From sequence record PQ818763: a stretch of DNA of 64,000 nt. The stretch is one strand, 5' to 3'. Of this stretch, positions 28,663-39,460 are shown piece by piece. A program made the position numbers and the translations under genes. The notes under the pieces are model-generated. The model made no database searches, was not told the DNA's origin, and saw nothing but the letters and a program-made list of their open reading frames with translations. How positions within the stretch are numbered: the first letter of the stretch is position 1; each line of letters begins with the position of its first letter. This stretch comes from Shigella phage ShigP1.

Positions 28663-30861
28663 ATGTCTAGAGAATTAATGCCCAAATCTGGTATAATGAT
28701 GCCTCATGTGGTTGTAACCAGAGACGCGGCTGTTGTTGGGGTTTCTACTGTAGATGGACAGGCTGGAGCTATTAACCTCACCGGAAAATATTTACAGAAA
28801 ACCGACGCAGCTGCTACCTATCAAACTAAAACAGAGGGTGCATCTAAAGATTTTGTGCTGGATTCGATTCAACCTATTATGTCTGGTGCGCTGTTCCGAG
28901 AAGACCCTTGGGTTGTTAATGATACCCCATTCCGTTCTACTGGAGCTAATGGTGTAGAATCAGTTGATATGATGAAAGTTACTACTGATAACTCAATCAA
29001 GATTGGTAGTTATGCCTCTTCAGTTCAAGGTGTAGAGATTCATTCTGCTGGTCGTCTTCAGGTTGTTGACCAGAATGACTCTGGGGTAGAAACTAAGTAT
29101 CCAGTTTATTCTAAACGTTACCGTCCTGAGATTGAGGATTTGCCTTTTGCTGCAATTGGTTCTTATGTTAAAGACTCTAAAGGTCGTACGGTAGGTGTTA
29201 CTCGTACAGGGATTAACTCTGATATCAAACAGCTCACACAGAAAGTTACTTTCACTCAACCAGTAACTGTCCCTGATGCAGTTGGTGATTATGATGCGGT
29301 TACTTTGAGACAGCTTCGAAACAGTGGTGGTGGCTCTGGTGGTCCTACGATGAGCGGTATCTCTAACTTTGGTATTGGTGATTTCCATTTACGTGACAGT
29401 CGAGCTTTTATTCCAGCTTTTGAGGTAACGTCAGACGGTCAGCTTCTTAATCGTTCAGAGTACCCAGATCTCTGGGCTTATGCACAGCTGTTATCCCCTA
29501 TCTCAGATTCTGAATGGCTTAGTGATGCCCAAAAACGTGGACAGTACTCTACTGGTGATGGTTCTACTACTTTCCGCGTTCCAGACCGCAACGGGGTTCA
29601 GGTCGGTTCTATTAGGGAGCTATTTGGTCGCGGTGATGGTGGTACATCATCCAACGATGGTGTTATCTATGATTCTGCTGCACCTAATATCAAAGGTAAG
29701 GTCGCTGGTGTATCAGCCGGGACTTATGCAGGGATATTCGGGACGTATGTGCAAGATTCATTCTATACGGATAACAGTTTGTATCCGGCTGGTGGAGGGG
29801 ACACTATACCTCCGGGGTCCGGTGCAGTTGATGGACGTAATAATACTCTAGTCTTCGACGCAAGCCAGTCCAACCCAGTTTATGGTCGTTATAGTATCTC
29901 TGACAATATTATACCGAGAAACTTTGTGGGGGTTTGGACTATTCGTGCTCATGGTGGATTTGTTGCTGCTAATACTTCTTGGTCTGTTATTAATAGTGAC
30001 ACCACACGACCTTCCAACGGAACGAAAGTTTCTAGTGGGTCAGTTGTCTCTGAGTATAAAATCGGTTCAGAAGTAGAAGCTTCTACTACTCTCAAAACTG
30101 ATGCCTACATCAACGGAGCTTACTATGGAATCATTGACGTCTATAATAAAACTAAAGGAGTTACCAAGCAGTTAGCTTTCGACGATTCTGGTACACTGAA
30201 TTCTGATAGGTATGTTTCTAGATTTGGCACTTTGATATCTTGGAGTGAAACAGGAGCTAGGAAAGGAACATTCTCCATGGACAACCAAGGGATAGGGTCT
30301 GACTTCTCCTTCAATTCCATACTAAGTGCTTCTCAAACATCTAGTGGGGGATACAAGACCACCACTCATGTTGGCATGATTCACAACGACGCCGGAACTT
30401 TTGCCGATTCTTGCTGGCACGTTGCAGGTGATGAAGACAACAAATACGGTTGTCGCCTAACCCTTCGACCAAACAGGAATGAGATTTTCTATTATACTTG
30501 GCAACCCAGCTCTACTGGAACATATACCCTTGCCTTGAATCCTGTGTCAGATGAAAGGTTAAAACATAATATCCAAGATATTTCCCCTGAGAAAGCTATC
30601 AAGGCTATCAAAGGTTTGGATTTCAAATCGTTTGTGTACAACAGTGATGAACAAGGAAGAACTCGTCGCGGTGTTATTGCACAGCAAGCAGAAAAGGTAG
30701 AACCTCTTTATGTTAAGACTCGTAGGTTCCACGACAATGATGGTGTAGAGCAAGAACAGAAAGAGCTAGACTCAGCTCCTATGCTCCTTGATACTATGCA
30801 GGTTGTTCAAGACCTTCTGAAGCGTATTGAAGTTCTAGAAGCAAAACTAGCAGAGAGGTAA
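28663..30861 (+). CDS. tail fibre protein with C-terminal intramolecular chaperone (S74-like) domain
   Basis: C-terminus SDERLKHNIQDISPEKAIKAIKGLDFKSFVYN...GVIAQQAEKVEP... matches the auto-cleaving chaperone domain of phage fibres and endosialidases. Confidence 0.6.
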   Translation: MSRELMPKSGIMMPHVVVTRDAAVVGVSTVDGQAGAINLTGKYLQKTDAAATYQTKTEGASKDFVLDSIQPIMSGALFREDPWVVNDTPFRSTGANGVESVDMMKVTTDNSIKIGSYASSVQGVEIHSAGRLQVVDQNDSGVETKYPVYSKRYRPEIEDLPFAAIGSYVKDSKGRTVGVTRTGINSDIKQLTQKVTFTQPVTVPDAVGDYDAVTLRQLRNSGGGSGGPTMSGISNFGIGDFHLRDSRAFIPAFEVTSDGQLLNRSEYPDLWAYAQLLSPISDSEWLSDAQKRGQYSTGDGSTTFRVPDRNGVQVGSIRELFGRGDGGTSSNDGVIYDSAAPNIKGKVAGVSAGTYAGIFGTYVQDSFYTDNSLYPAGGGDTIPPGSGAVDGRNNTLVFDASQSNPVYGRYSISDNIIPRNFVGVWTIRAHGGFVAANTSWSVINSDTTRPSNGTKVSSGSVVSEYKIGSEVEASTTLKTDAYINGAYYGIIDVYNKTKGVTKQLAFDDSGTLNSDRYVSRFGTLISWSETGARKGTFSMDNQGIGSDFSFNSILSASQTSSGGYKTTTHVGMIHNDAGTFADSCWHVAGDEDNKYGCRLTLRPNRNEIFYYTWQPSSTGTYTLALNPVSDERLKHNIQDISPEKAIKAIKGLDFKSFVYNSDEQGRTRRGVIAQQAEKVEPLYVKTRRFHDNDGVEQEQKELDSAPMLLDTMQVVQDLLKRIEVLEAKLAER

Positions 30862-30953
30862 TATAAGCCCCTTCGGGGGCTTTAGTAGTGAGTACCCTTA
30901 GTAAGTAATGAAACTAATATATCCCAAGAGGTTAATATATAGGAGACACTCAA

Positions 30954-31172
30954 ATGAAAATGATGAAACAAGCTGCATATGGTTTAATATGTTTAGGCGC
31001 AGGTGTTGTGGTATCCACCGCAGTTCCTGTAGGCGCAGTTCATCCATTAGTAACTGTCCCTGCTCCAGTAGAGAAGCTTAGCTCTCAATGCAAGCAGAGA
31101 ACAATTCAAAATAACTTAGTTGTTATTTGCCCTGATGCTGAATCTAACGCTCTGAGAAAGATACTACCTTAA
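30954..31172 (+). CDS. small membrane protein, holin candidate
   Basis: One transmembrane segment AAYGLICLGAGVVVSTAVPVGAV; immediately upstream of the endolysin. Confidence 0.35.
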   Translation: MKMMKQAAYGLICLGAGVVVSTAVPVGAVHPLVTVPAPVEKLSSQCKQRTIQNNLVVICPDAESNALRKILP

Positions 31173-31201
31173 TTTAAAGGGACTACAAAAGGAGGTTAGA
31201 A

Positions 31202-31693
31202 ATGGATAACGTCGCATTGCCACCTGTACAACTAAACTTAAGCCCAGCTGGAATGGAATTCATCATGAAGCATGAGGGTATGAGAACAAAGGCTTATAAA
31301 GATTCCGCAGGTATCTGGACTATATGTGTAGGGGCTACGCGCGATATGAATGGTTATCCGGTTAGACAAGGATTAACGTATTCTATAGAGGATTGTCTAG
31401 CTCTGCTAGATAGAGACACACAAGACTCTGTTCGTGCTACTCAGAAGAACATAAAGGTTCCTTTACTAGTTCATGAGTTTGATGCACTCACTTCTTTCAA
31501 CTTCAATGTTGGCAGTGGAGCTTTGAGCACATCTAAGTTAAGGAAGGTAATCAATGGAGATGTTAAGGGGGATGTTTATTCCGAATTTCTTCGTTGGGAT
31601 AAAATAACGGTCAAGGGAGAGAAGCAGAGAAGTCAGGGTCTTCATAATAGAAGAGTTGCAGAAGCTAATCTTTACACCGAAGGTAAATATTAA
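31202..31693 (+). CDS. endolysin, GH24 (T4/lambda-type) lysozyme
   Basis: FIMKHEGMRTKAYKDSAGIWTICVGAT with catalytic Glu in HEG; conserved Asp and Thr positions. Confidence 0.75.
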   Translation: MDNVALPPVQLNLSPAGMEFIMKHEGMRTKAYKDSAGIWTICVGATRDMNGYPVRQGLTYSIEDCLALLDRDTQDSVRATQKNIKVPLLVHEFDALTSFNFNVGSGALSTSKLRKVINGDVKGDVYSEFLRWDKITVKGEKQRSQGLHNRRVAEANLYTEGKY

Positions 31694-31705
31694 TGGAGGT
31701 GCCTT

Positions 31706-32509
31706 TTGGCTATCGAAACTAATGCGGTAGTTATTACCGACTTAAACCCACTCTATCCTAGAGACAGGGATTACATCTACGAAGGGGCGGCTCAAATCCG
31801 CCTCATTAAACAAACGTTACAGAACACATTCCCCAATGTTACAGAACCGGTTGATATAGATTCTGACACCTTTAAGATTATGTCAGAGAAGCTCAAGTTT
31901 ACTGGTGATGCAATGGATGTTGGTGGTCTTATGATCAATAACGTTACTCCGGGAACTGGTGACAAGGATGTTGTTACTAAAGGTCAGATGGAAGCGTTCA
32001 TGAAGAACTGGATGGAGAATAAGCTCTATCGAATTGGTTCTTACTACATCACTGAAGAAGATATTAACCCCGGTGATTCTATCTCCTTAGGGTTTGGTTC
32101 TTGGGCTAAAGTGACTGGTGTCATTATGGGTACTGGTGTAGTAAACCCTGATGGTTCTGTCCCTAATGCTCAGAGAGTTGAGTTCCAAGCAGGTGGTACT
32201 GGTGGTCGTGTCTTCAATACCATTCGAACTGAGAACGTACCTCTGATGACAGTTAATGGCTCCAGCTTCTCTCTATCCAGTAACACTCACAGTCACAATA
32301 TGGTGTTTGGTCGTGGAGATGCTAGTGGTCATAACAGCTCACCAAACTGGTATAGTCCGGGTGGTGGTTACAGTCAGAGAACTGATAGCGACACTCACAC
32401 TCATACAATCTCTGGTAGTGTAAGTCTTGGTCGTGATGATATCTCTCGTCAACCTATTAACACTTTGCCACCATTCAGAGCAGCTCACATTTGGAGACGT
32501 ATTAGCTAA
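31706..32509 (+). CDS. tail structural protein (267 aa)
   Basis: Position; Gly/Ser/Thr-rich C-terminus. Confidence 0.4.
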   Translation: MAIETNAVVITDLNPLYPRDRDYIYEGAAQIRLIKQTLQNTFPNVTEPVDIDSDTFKIMSEKLKFTGDAMDVGGLMINNVTPGTGDKDVVTKGQMEAFMKNWMENKLYRIGSYYITEEDINPGDSISLGFGSWAKVTGVIMGTGVVNPDGSVPNAQRVEFQAGGTGGRVFNTIRTENVPLMTVNGSSFSLSSNTHSHNMVFGRGDASGHNSSPNWYSPGGGYSQRTDSDTHTHTISGSVSLGRDDISRQPINTLPPFRAAHIWRRIS

Positions 32510-32518
32510 GGAGGAATT

Positions 32519-35500
32519 ATGGCGCTGTATCCAATAAAGTCACTAGGTGCTGTAGGCGTTATCGCTGATCAGGCTCCGACAGACTTAGCTCCTAATGCTT
32601 TCACTAATGCTATAAATGCTCGATTTGTTGAGCAGAGAGTATTTAAGACGGGGGGCAATGCCCCTCTTTCTTATGTAGATGAAGATAAGGATTTAACCCC
32701 TCTGTCTTTCGTTTCTATGCCTTTCGATTATTATAGCGCAGGTAATAGCTTTCTTGTTGTAGGTACGGATAAGAAGTTATATAAACTGACAGATGAAAGC
32801 TTGACTGATATTAGCCGTAAGGTTGCTACAGTCACTAAGAAGGCTTCTGCCTCAATTAAGATTTATCCAGTTGTTTCTCAGATTGTTCCTAAAGAATCAA
32901 CTATCTCAATGAACTTCAATCAGACCAAGAATCTAGAGGTTTCTCTTCTCCCTGCTGATGCTAACAACACTGATCTTATTTGGGAGGTTAGTAACTCATC
33001 CTATGGAAGTATTACGGTAGACCCTGGTGACTCTAAACTTGCTACTCTAACATCTTTTGAGAAAGAGGGTAATCTTGTAGTAACTATCTCTACTGCCAAC
33101 GAATCCGTAGTGGCTCAGATTGCTGTTAATATTATCGATGGTGATTCAGGTATCTTCTTGAGTCAAGATACTGTTACAATTCGTAAAGGAGGGACTACTA
33201 CTCTCACGGCTGTTACTGGCAAGACCCCTGTAACTTGGTCCAGCAATAATGCTTCTATTGTATCCGTAACCCCTAACGCCAACTCTTTAACTGCTGTCAT
33301 TACAGCGAATGGAGAAGGTAATGTAACAATCACTGCTGATAACGGAACTAAGACTGCTTCTTGTGAGGTTGTTTCCATCCCTCAGATTGATAGTATCTCT
33401 TTAAGCCAGTCAGATGTTACTGTGAGTAGAGGTTCTCAGTATATCTTAACTGCTACCCTTTCTCCTGCTAACGCCCCTAATCAAAATATTACTTGGACCT
33501 CTTCTAATCCAAATATTGCAACAGTATCAGGGACTAGCACACAAGGGACGATCAACGCTCTACTTGCTGGTTTTACTGAGATTACAGCTACCACTGAAGA
33601 AGGTAACAGAGTTGCTGTCTGTACTGTACGTGTGGATTTAGCTGGAAGGACAATGAGGACAAGTGCTATGGCATTTGCTGCTCCTGTGTCAGAGCCAGTA
33701 GAAACTCAAGAGGAAGAAGTAGTAACTCCTCCTGAAAGTGAAGAGACGGTTTATTTTGCTGAGCCTACATCCGGTATTGATACGTCAGGGATGTACGAAG
33801 GTAATAACTTCTATGACTACTCTAACGTGAATGACATTGAAGGTTTTGCAAGAGCTTCTTTACTGGCAACCCCTTTGTCATCTGTAACCTTAGATGTTGT
33901 CAGCGCCTCACTTGATGTTGGTGAAGAGATTGTCATTACAGCTACGGCTTCTCCAGAAGGTGATTATTCTTATCAATGGTCTGTTGATAAAACTGGCTAT
34001 GTTTCTACAACTTCAGTCACTGGTAAATCTATCAAACTGGTTGCTCTCCGTAAAGGGGAGATTAATGTAACTTGTACTGTTAGTCAGATGACTCAGAAAG
34101 ATTACGATGCTTTTGATGACTATCCTTGGTATCACGCTGTTATCTCTAACTGTGCAGTTGCTACAACTCACTATGAAACTCCTCAGGTAAAAGAATTCGA
34201 ATCAGAATACTTTGTAGATCTTCCGGGATGGGGTGAGCAAACAGTTGTTGATAATGATGGAAACCCTTCAGTCAAGAAGTTTAACTGGAAATGTGAGAGA
34301 GTAAGATCTTTTAACAACCGTCTTTTTGCTCTGAATATGAGAGAGGCTAATGCTTCTGGTGTTACCACTAACTATCCACTTCGTCTTCGTTGGTCTAACT
34401 TTGCCAATGAGAACAAGGCTCCTACACTGTGGGATGACTTTGCCTATGATCGAGTTGTGTCTTCGGACTTAGCTTCTAATATCGTAGGACAGACTCAGGC
34501 TTTGGAAAATGGGTATGCTGGCTATATCGACTTAGCTGACTCTAACGGAAGCTTAATTGATATTCTACCCCTTAAAGATTACTTGTTCGTTTATACAGAG
34601 TTTGAAACGTATATTGGTTCTCCGACTAATAACACATACCAACCTCTGATGTTCAAGAAACTCTTTAATGACTCTGGTATCCTTGCCCCTGAGTGTGTGG
34701 TTGAAGTAGAAGGTAGCCACTTCGTAGTTACTCAGAACGATGTAATCTTACACAACGGTGCAACCAAGAAGTCAATTGCATCTAACCGTGTTAAGAACAT
34801 GCTGATTAATGAGGTGTGTCTGGTTAATCCTCTAGCAACTCGAGTACACTTGCATCAGGATAAGAAAGAAGTTTGGGTTCTCTATGTAGGTCCGGGAGAG
34901 CCGAAAGAAAGCTTCGCTTGCACTAAAGCTGCTGTATGGAATTATGAGTTTGATACTTGGTCTTTCCGTACTATCCCTTATGCTCAATGTATCGGTCTAG
35001 TCGATCCTCCTGTTTTAGAGAGAGGGCCAATCTGGTCTGACTTCCAAGAGATCACTTGGGATGACCCATCTATCAAAGAGCTTGTTTGGAGAAAGGATGC
35101 AACAAACTTTAGACAGAGGGTTACGATAGTAGGTTCGTTCTTGAGGGGATTCTACCAAGTGGATGTAGGTGCTCTTGACTATTTCTATGACAGGTTAAAT
35201 GATGTTGTTATAGAGAAGCCTCTGGAGATGAGGTTGGAGAGAACTGGTCTAGATTTTGATAATGTGACGAATGAGTGGAATCAGAAGCATATTAACAGAT
35301 TCCGTCCTCAGACAACTGGCTCAGGCACTTATACCTTTGAAGCTGGAGGTAGTCAATTCTCAAATGAATATGGACACCCACACACATCTAAGACTTATAC
35401 AATTGGTGTTGACAGGCATGTCTCGGTGAGACTGAACCATCCATACCTTTTCTATAATGTTATAGATAATGATGTTAACAGTAATGCTGCTATCAATGGG

Positions 35501-35536
35501 TTAACGATAGAGTTTGCTGTTGGCGGACGGAGATAA
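32519..35536 (+). CDS. large tail protein with tandem Ig-like (Big_2-type) domains
   Basis: 1005 aa; repeated pattern TLTAVTGKTPVTWSSNNASIVSVTP... and ILTATLSPANAPNQNITWTSSNPNIATVS... Confidence 0.5.
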   Translation: MALYPIKSLGAVGVIADQAPTDLAPNAFTNAINARFVEQRVFKTGGNAPLSYVDEDKDLTPLSFVSMPFDYYSAGNSFLVVGTDKKLYKLTDESLTDISRKVATVTKKASASIKIYPVVSQIVPKESTISMNFNQTKNLEVSLLPADANNTDLIWEVSNSSYGSITVDPGDSKLATLTSFEKEGNLVVTISTANESVVAQIAVNIIDGDSGIFLSQDTVTIRKGGTTTLTAVTGKTPVTWSSNNASIVSVTPNANSLTAVITANGEGNVTITADNGTKTASCEVVSIPQIDSISLSQSDVTVSRGSQYILTATLSPANAPNQNITWTSSNPNIATVSGTSTQGTINALLAGFTEITATTEEGNRVAVCTVRVDLAGRTMRTSAMAFAAPVSEPVETQEEEVVTPPESEETVYFAEPTSGIDTSGMYEGNNFYDYSNVNDIEGFARASLLATPLSSVTLDVVSASLDVGEEIVITATASPEGDYSYQWSVDKTGYVSTTSVTGKSIKLVALRKGEINVTCTVSQMTQKDYDAFDDYPWYHAVISNCAVATTHYETPQVKEFESEYFVDLPGWGEQTVVDNDGNPSVKKFNWKCERVRSFNNRLFALNMREANASGVTTNYPLRLRWSNFANENKAPTLWDDFAYDRVVSSDLASNIVGQTQALENGYAGYIDLADSNGSLIDILPLKDYLFVYTEFETYIGSPTNNTYQPLMFKKLFNDSGILAPECVVEVEGSHFVVTQNDVILHNGATKKSIASNRVKNMLINEVCLVNPLATRVHLHQDKKEVWVLYVGPGEPKESFACTKAAVWNYEFDTWSFRTIPYAQCIGLVDPPVLERGPIWSDFQEITWDDPSIKELVWRKDATNFRQRVTIVGSFLRGFYQVDVGALDYFYDRLNDVVIEKPLEMRLERTGLDFDNVTNEWNQKHINRFRPQTTGSGTYTFEAGGSQFSNEYGHPHTSKTYTIGVDRHVSVRLNHPYLFYNVIDNDVNSNAAINGLTIEFAVGGRR

Positions 35537-35540
35537 CAAC

Positions 35541-35569
35541 AAGGGGCTTCGTGCCCCTTTTATTGTTTT
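35541..35569 (+). terminator. rho-independent terminator or attenuator
   Basis: AAGGGGC-TTCGT-GCCCCTT followed by TTTATTGTTTT. Confidence 0.55.
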
Positions 35570-35579
35570 GGAGGAACTT

Positions 35580-36548
35580 ATGGGTGCAGGTGGTTTTCGT
35601 AAGAACACTGGTCGTAATAACACCACACTCCCGTACAACGTTGGGTTTCTCAATAATGTACAGGACACAGAAACATATAACGTAGCCGTATATGACGAGC
35701 TACAGAAAGTCAGCACAGCTACTAACCAAATGTTCCAAGCTATTGATGAGATTCACGATGAGATTGATGTTCGTATCAAAGCCCTTCATGCGATGAACTT
35801 ACAATTTGATGAGCTTGAGAATAGAATTACCACAGAGATAGAGACAGCTATTGCAGATATTCAAACACAGATGGGGAATCTCTCCACTGAAGATATTTGG
35901 GATAATTCTGTTCAACCTCCGGTAAAACTAGAAAGCACTGTATCTGGCTTTAAAACAAGTATTGAAGGTAACACAACTAAGATTCAAACGGTAGAAGGGA
36001 TTGTTAACGACCAAGGTCAAGAGATTGCTTTAGTTCAGACAGAGATTCAAAATATTAATGGAAGCCTATCTCAGTATATGAAGCTTTCTGAGTATGAAGC
36101 TACATGGGGTGTTAACTCTACAGTCAACGGAAGATATGCTGGGGTTAAGTTAACTAACAATGGAACAAACAGCCAATTCCAAGTAACAGCTAACAAGTTT
36201 ATTGTTGGTGATGGCAGCTCTGGTAACACCCCTTTTGTATTTGAGGGCGGAAGAGCTAGGATGGAATTCGCTGACATAAAGAACGTCAACATCACAACGG
36301 CTCAGATTGCCAACGCCAGAATCCAATGGGCACAGATAGATAACGTATCTATATCCAATGCTCAGATTCAGAATTTATCAGCGGATAAAATCACTGCTGG
36401 TTCTATGTGGGGTTCTAACTGGAGACTTACCGTTGGGGGTGACTTTGTTATGGGTGGTACAGGTGGGGCACAACTATGGATGAATGGAAACAGAATAGAC
36501 TTCTACGATGGAAGTGGTGCTCTAAGAATTAGAATAGGGAGTTGGTAA
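35580..36548 (+). CDS. virion protein (323 aa)
   Basis: Track ORF 35514-36548 trimmed to ATG 35580 (GGAGG upstream, downstream of the terminator hairpin). Confidence 0.45.
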   Translation: MGAGGFRKNTGRNNTTLPYNVGFLNNVQDTETYNVAVYDELQKVSTATNQMFQAIDEIHDEIDVRIKALHAMNLQFDELENRITTEIETAIADIQTQMGNLSTEDIWDNSVQPPVKLESTVSGFKTSIEGNTTKIQTVEGIVNDQGQEIALVQTEIQNINGSLSQYMKLSEYEATWGVNSTVNGRYAGVKLTNNGTNSQFQVTANKFIVGDGSSGNTPFVFEGGRARMEFADIKNVNITTAQIANARIQWAQIDNVSISNAQIQNLSADKITAGSMWGSNWRLTVGGDFVMGGTGGAQLWMNGNRIDFYDGSGALRIRIGSW

Positions 36549-36549
36549 T

Positions 36550-37581
36550 ATGGCATATGGAATATGGACACAACCAGTAGGGCCGGGGCCAGCAACCCCC
36601 GCTCCCTTGTTTATTGATAGCGGAAGTACTTTCCCTCAGTTCAAGAATAGCATAAGAGGGAGTTTTAACTTCAATGGAGCTGGGAGATCTTTCCCTATTA
36701 GTGGATGGGATGGTAGTGGTCAGATAGTTATTGTTCCCACTGGTTCTCTATGCTGGCAATGGGAAGTCCCTCCTAACTTAGTCCCTGATGTTTATTGTGT
36801 AAATAACATCTATGTAGAAAATACCTCATCTTTTAGGGTGACTCTGAACCAGAATCCCGGCGGCAATCCTTTGTTTGACTGTGGATTCAACGTCTACCAG
36901 ATTTGGCCTAGAGCTGATAGAAACTATGGGATAACTTTCTCAAATACAGCAGACTACTTTTCCATATCAGATGCTGGGGTTGTTGGTCAATGCATTTGGG
37001 CTTGGCAGGGGGTCATAAACAATGCCCTTCAGATACCAAATATCGGTGGGTTCAATATGACCAATGCTGTTGTATTTGCTAATTGGTCTGATGGAGGACT
37101 TGGGCTGTCTTATACCTCTGATGATAGAGTTATTCGTGTCTACCAGAACAGACCTTACGTAAACGGCAACACTAATGAGGGTGGTTCTGTGTTTGCTAGA
37201 ATTGCAGTATTCTGCAATGGGGCAGGTGTTCCGGAACATAATGGAGGTTTAAATATCTACTCTCCGGGAACCACTCAATGTGTATTTTCTACTAACAGAA
37301 CACCTTTTACTGTGGATACTTTTATAGGCTCAGGAGGTGGTAACACTGGAATGGCGTACCCTATGATACCTCTTACTTCTGGAATAGGTGCAATAAAAGG
37401 CCAAGGTAGTGGGTGGAGATACCAGCAAATGAGATCTCACACAATGAGTGGCTCTAGCATAGGAACTGGTTATGGAAGGTACTTATTTCAGTGGAATCAA
37501 AATTACGACCTAGGGGCTGACACTGTTGTTAACTTATCAGTTCCTGTAATAAACGCAGCTAAGGTTTTTGCTGGACTATAA
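36550..37581 (+). CDS. virion protein (343 aa)
   Basis: ORF track; position. Confidence 0.45.
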   Translation: MAYGIWTQPVGPGPATPAPLFIDSGSTFPQFKNSIRGSFNFNGAGRSFPISGWDGSGQIVIVPTGSLCWQWEVPPNLVPDVYCVNNIYVENTSSFRVTLNQNPGGNPLFDCGFNVYQIWPRADRNYGITFSNTADYFSISDAGVVGQCIWAWQGVINNALQIPNIGGFNMTNAVVFANWSDGGLGLSYTSDDRVIRVYQNRPYVNGNTNEGGSVFARIAVFCNGAGVPEHNGGLNIYSPGTTQCVFSTNRTPFTVDTFIGSGGGNTGMAYPMIPLTSGIGAIKGQGSGWRYQQMRSHTMSGSSIGTGYGRYLFQWNQNYDLGADTVVNLSVPVINAAKVFAGL

Positions 37582-37593
37582 CAAGGAGATATT

Positions 37594-38376
37594 ATGGCAA
37601 TTAAAATGGGTATTGAAGAACTAGACCCAATGGTGCAACAGGCTTCAAAAAAGTATGGAATACCAGCTGCTTTGATTCATGCTGTAATCCAAAGAGAGTC
37701 TAGTGGACGTCCTAAGGTAGCCTCTGGAACTGGTCCTGTAGGTTTAATGCAGATCAGTAAAGGATTGGCTAAAGACTATGGATACAAACTGGAAGATAGA
37801 CTGGACCCAGCAAAGAATATTGACATGGGTGCTCGTTATATCAGAGATAACTTAAAAGCTTTTAATGGCGATGTTAAGAAAGCAATGGTTGGTTATTCAG
37901 AAGGAACCGGTGGTGCTAGGCAGATGTTCGCTGGTAAGAAAGGGTTTACCCCTCAGGCTCTAGACTCAATGAACAACAAACACTTTCTTCCTTTTTACGG
38001 TGATGCAGCTTCTCAGATTGCTAACCCAATTGGAGCTTTACAAGCTGTTCAACCAGTCAATCAGTTTAATCCTGACTTGTTAGACAGAGAGAAGGCTGCA
38101 CAAGCTCCCACTCAGGCAGAGATTGCTGCTTCTAAGACAGGCGCTTTAGGTGGTAATCCGGTAGAGTTTTACTCTGATGAAGTACAGGAAGGTGAAGACC
38201 AGAAGCCTCAACAGAACTTTGGTAATGCAGTATTAGGAGTAGCTGCTATGCTTGCTGGTAAACCTCCTACTTCTCAAACAGTTCAGAGAGCGAGTGCACC
38301 ACATGCGGCAGGTTCTCAGTACAGTCCACAAACACAAGCAGTGCTTAGACGTTTGGCTAGCATTGGTGTTAAGTAA
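37594..38376 (+). CDS. lytic transglycosylase (SLT domain) virion protein
   Basis: ALIHAVIQRESSGRPKVASGTGPVGLMQIS with catalytic E-S and GLMQ motifs. Confidence 0.65.
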   Translation: MAIKMGIEELDPMVQQASKKYGIPAALIHAVIQRESSGRPKVASGTGPVGLMQISKGLAKDYGYKLEDRLDPAKNIDMGARYIRDNLKAFNGDVKKAMVGYSEGTGGARQMFAGKKGFTPQALDSMNNKHFLPFYGDAASQIANPIGALQAVQPVNQFNPDLLDREKAAQAPTQAEIAASKTGALGGNPVEFYSDEVQEGEDQKPQQNFGNAVLGVAAMLAGKPPTSQTVQRASAPHAAGSQYSPQTQAVLRRLASIGVK

Positions 38377-38395
38377 TAATCGTTAAGGAGGACTT

Positions 38396-39448
38396 ATGTC
38401 TTTATTTGGAAAATCAGCTTCTAGCAAAACCACAGTGGCTCCTTCCTCTCAGGTTGATGCCCTGCTGAAGCAGATTGTTGCTAATGCTCAGAATATGCAG
38501 AACAACGATCCGGGATTCATCTCCCAACAGCTAGCTGGGTTTAATGGCAACCAACAGGGTGCTCTGAACAACTTAGCAGCTTCTACTACTCAGAAGCAAT
38601 TGGCTGATATGTACACACCTCGTACACAGCAAGGGTTGGACCAACTAAATGCTCTTGCTCAACAATATCAGAATATTGTCAACGGTGGTGGTCTAACTGC
38701 TGAAGGTGTTAATAAGTTTAGTAAAGGGTTGAATAACTCAGCTCTTGCTCAGGCTACTAGCAAGGCAGCTTCTAATGTATCTCTTGGAAATGGTTCTGAT
38801 TCAGGTTCCCTCCGTAGAGCTGCGGCTCAAGGGGCTGCTTTGAATGGTGCTAATACAAACCTATCTCGTACCATCAACGGTAAGAACATGGGGATTAGTG
38901 CTCTTCAACAAGATCAGAACTTCCAGAGAGGTTTGCTTGGTGCTCAGTCTGGTCTAGCTGGACAGAATCTCAATCTTGGTGCACAAGGTGTTCAGGCAAC
39001 TCAACAGGCTATTCAGAATCAGCTGATGGCTGGTAATCTACAACAGCAACAAGCTCAAGCTCAAGCGGATATTAACTGGCAAAATGCTATTGGCTCTCAG
39101 CAGTATGGGTGGAATCAGCTTAACAACCAACTTAATGTATTAAATAGTGTAAGCCCAATGGCTGGGTACACGATTAAGAATGCTGCTCCGGGGGTTAATA
39201 CTGGACAACAGCTCCTAGGTGCTGGTATCACTGGATTAGGTATTGCAGGTCGTATGGGTGCTTTCTCTCCTAATCAACAGACTCAGAATGCTTGGAGTTC
39301 CTATAACAACTCAGGTGGGCAATCTGGAATGGCTGGTCCTATGATTGGTGGTTCTAATCTTTCTCAACAGAGAGGTCAGTCTAACTGGTTATCCACAGCA
39401 GGTAGTAATATCTTAGGTGGTGTCTTAGGGGCATTTGGAGCAAACTAA
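38396..39448 (+). CDS. Gln/Asn-rich virion protein, paralog of 39461-40429
   Basis: Begins MSLFGKSASSKTT, ends in a Gly-rich hydrophobic tail; strongly Q/N-biased. Confidence 0.45.
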   Translation: MSLFGKSASSKTTVAPSSQVDALLKQIVANAQNMQNNDPGFISQQLAGFNGNQQGALNNLAASTTQKQLADMYTPRTQQGLDQLNALAQQYQNIVNGGGLTAEGVNKFSKGLNNSALAQATSKAASNVSLGNGSDSGSLRRAAAQGAALNGANTNLSRTINGKNMGISALQQDQNFQRGLLGAQSGLAGQNLNLGAQGVQATQQAIQNQLMAGNLQQQQAQAQADINWQNAIGSQQYGWNQLNNQLNVLNSVSPMAGYTIKNAAPGVNTGQQLLGAGITGLGIAGRMGAFSPNQQTQNAWSSYNNSGGQSGMAGPMIGGSNLSQQRGQSNWLSTAGSNILGGVLGAFGAN

Positions 39449-39460
39449 AGGAGATTTGAT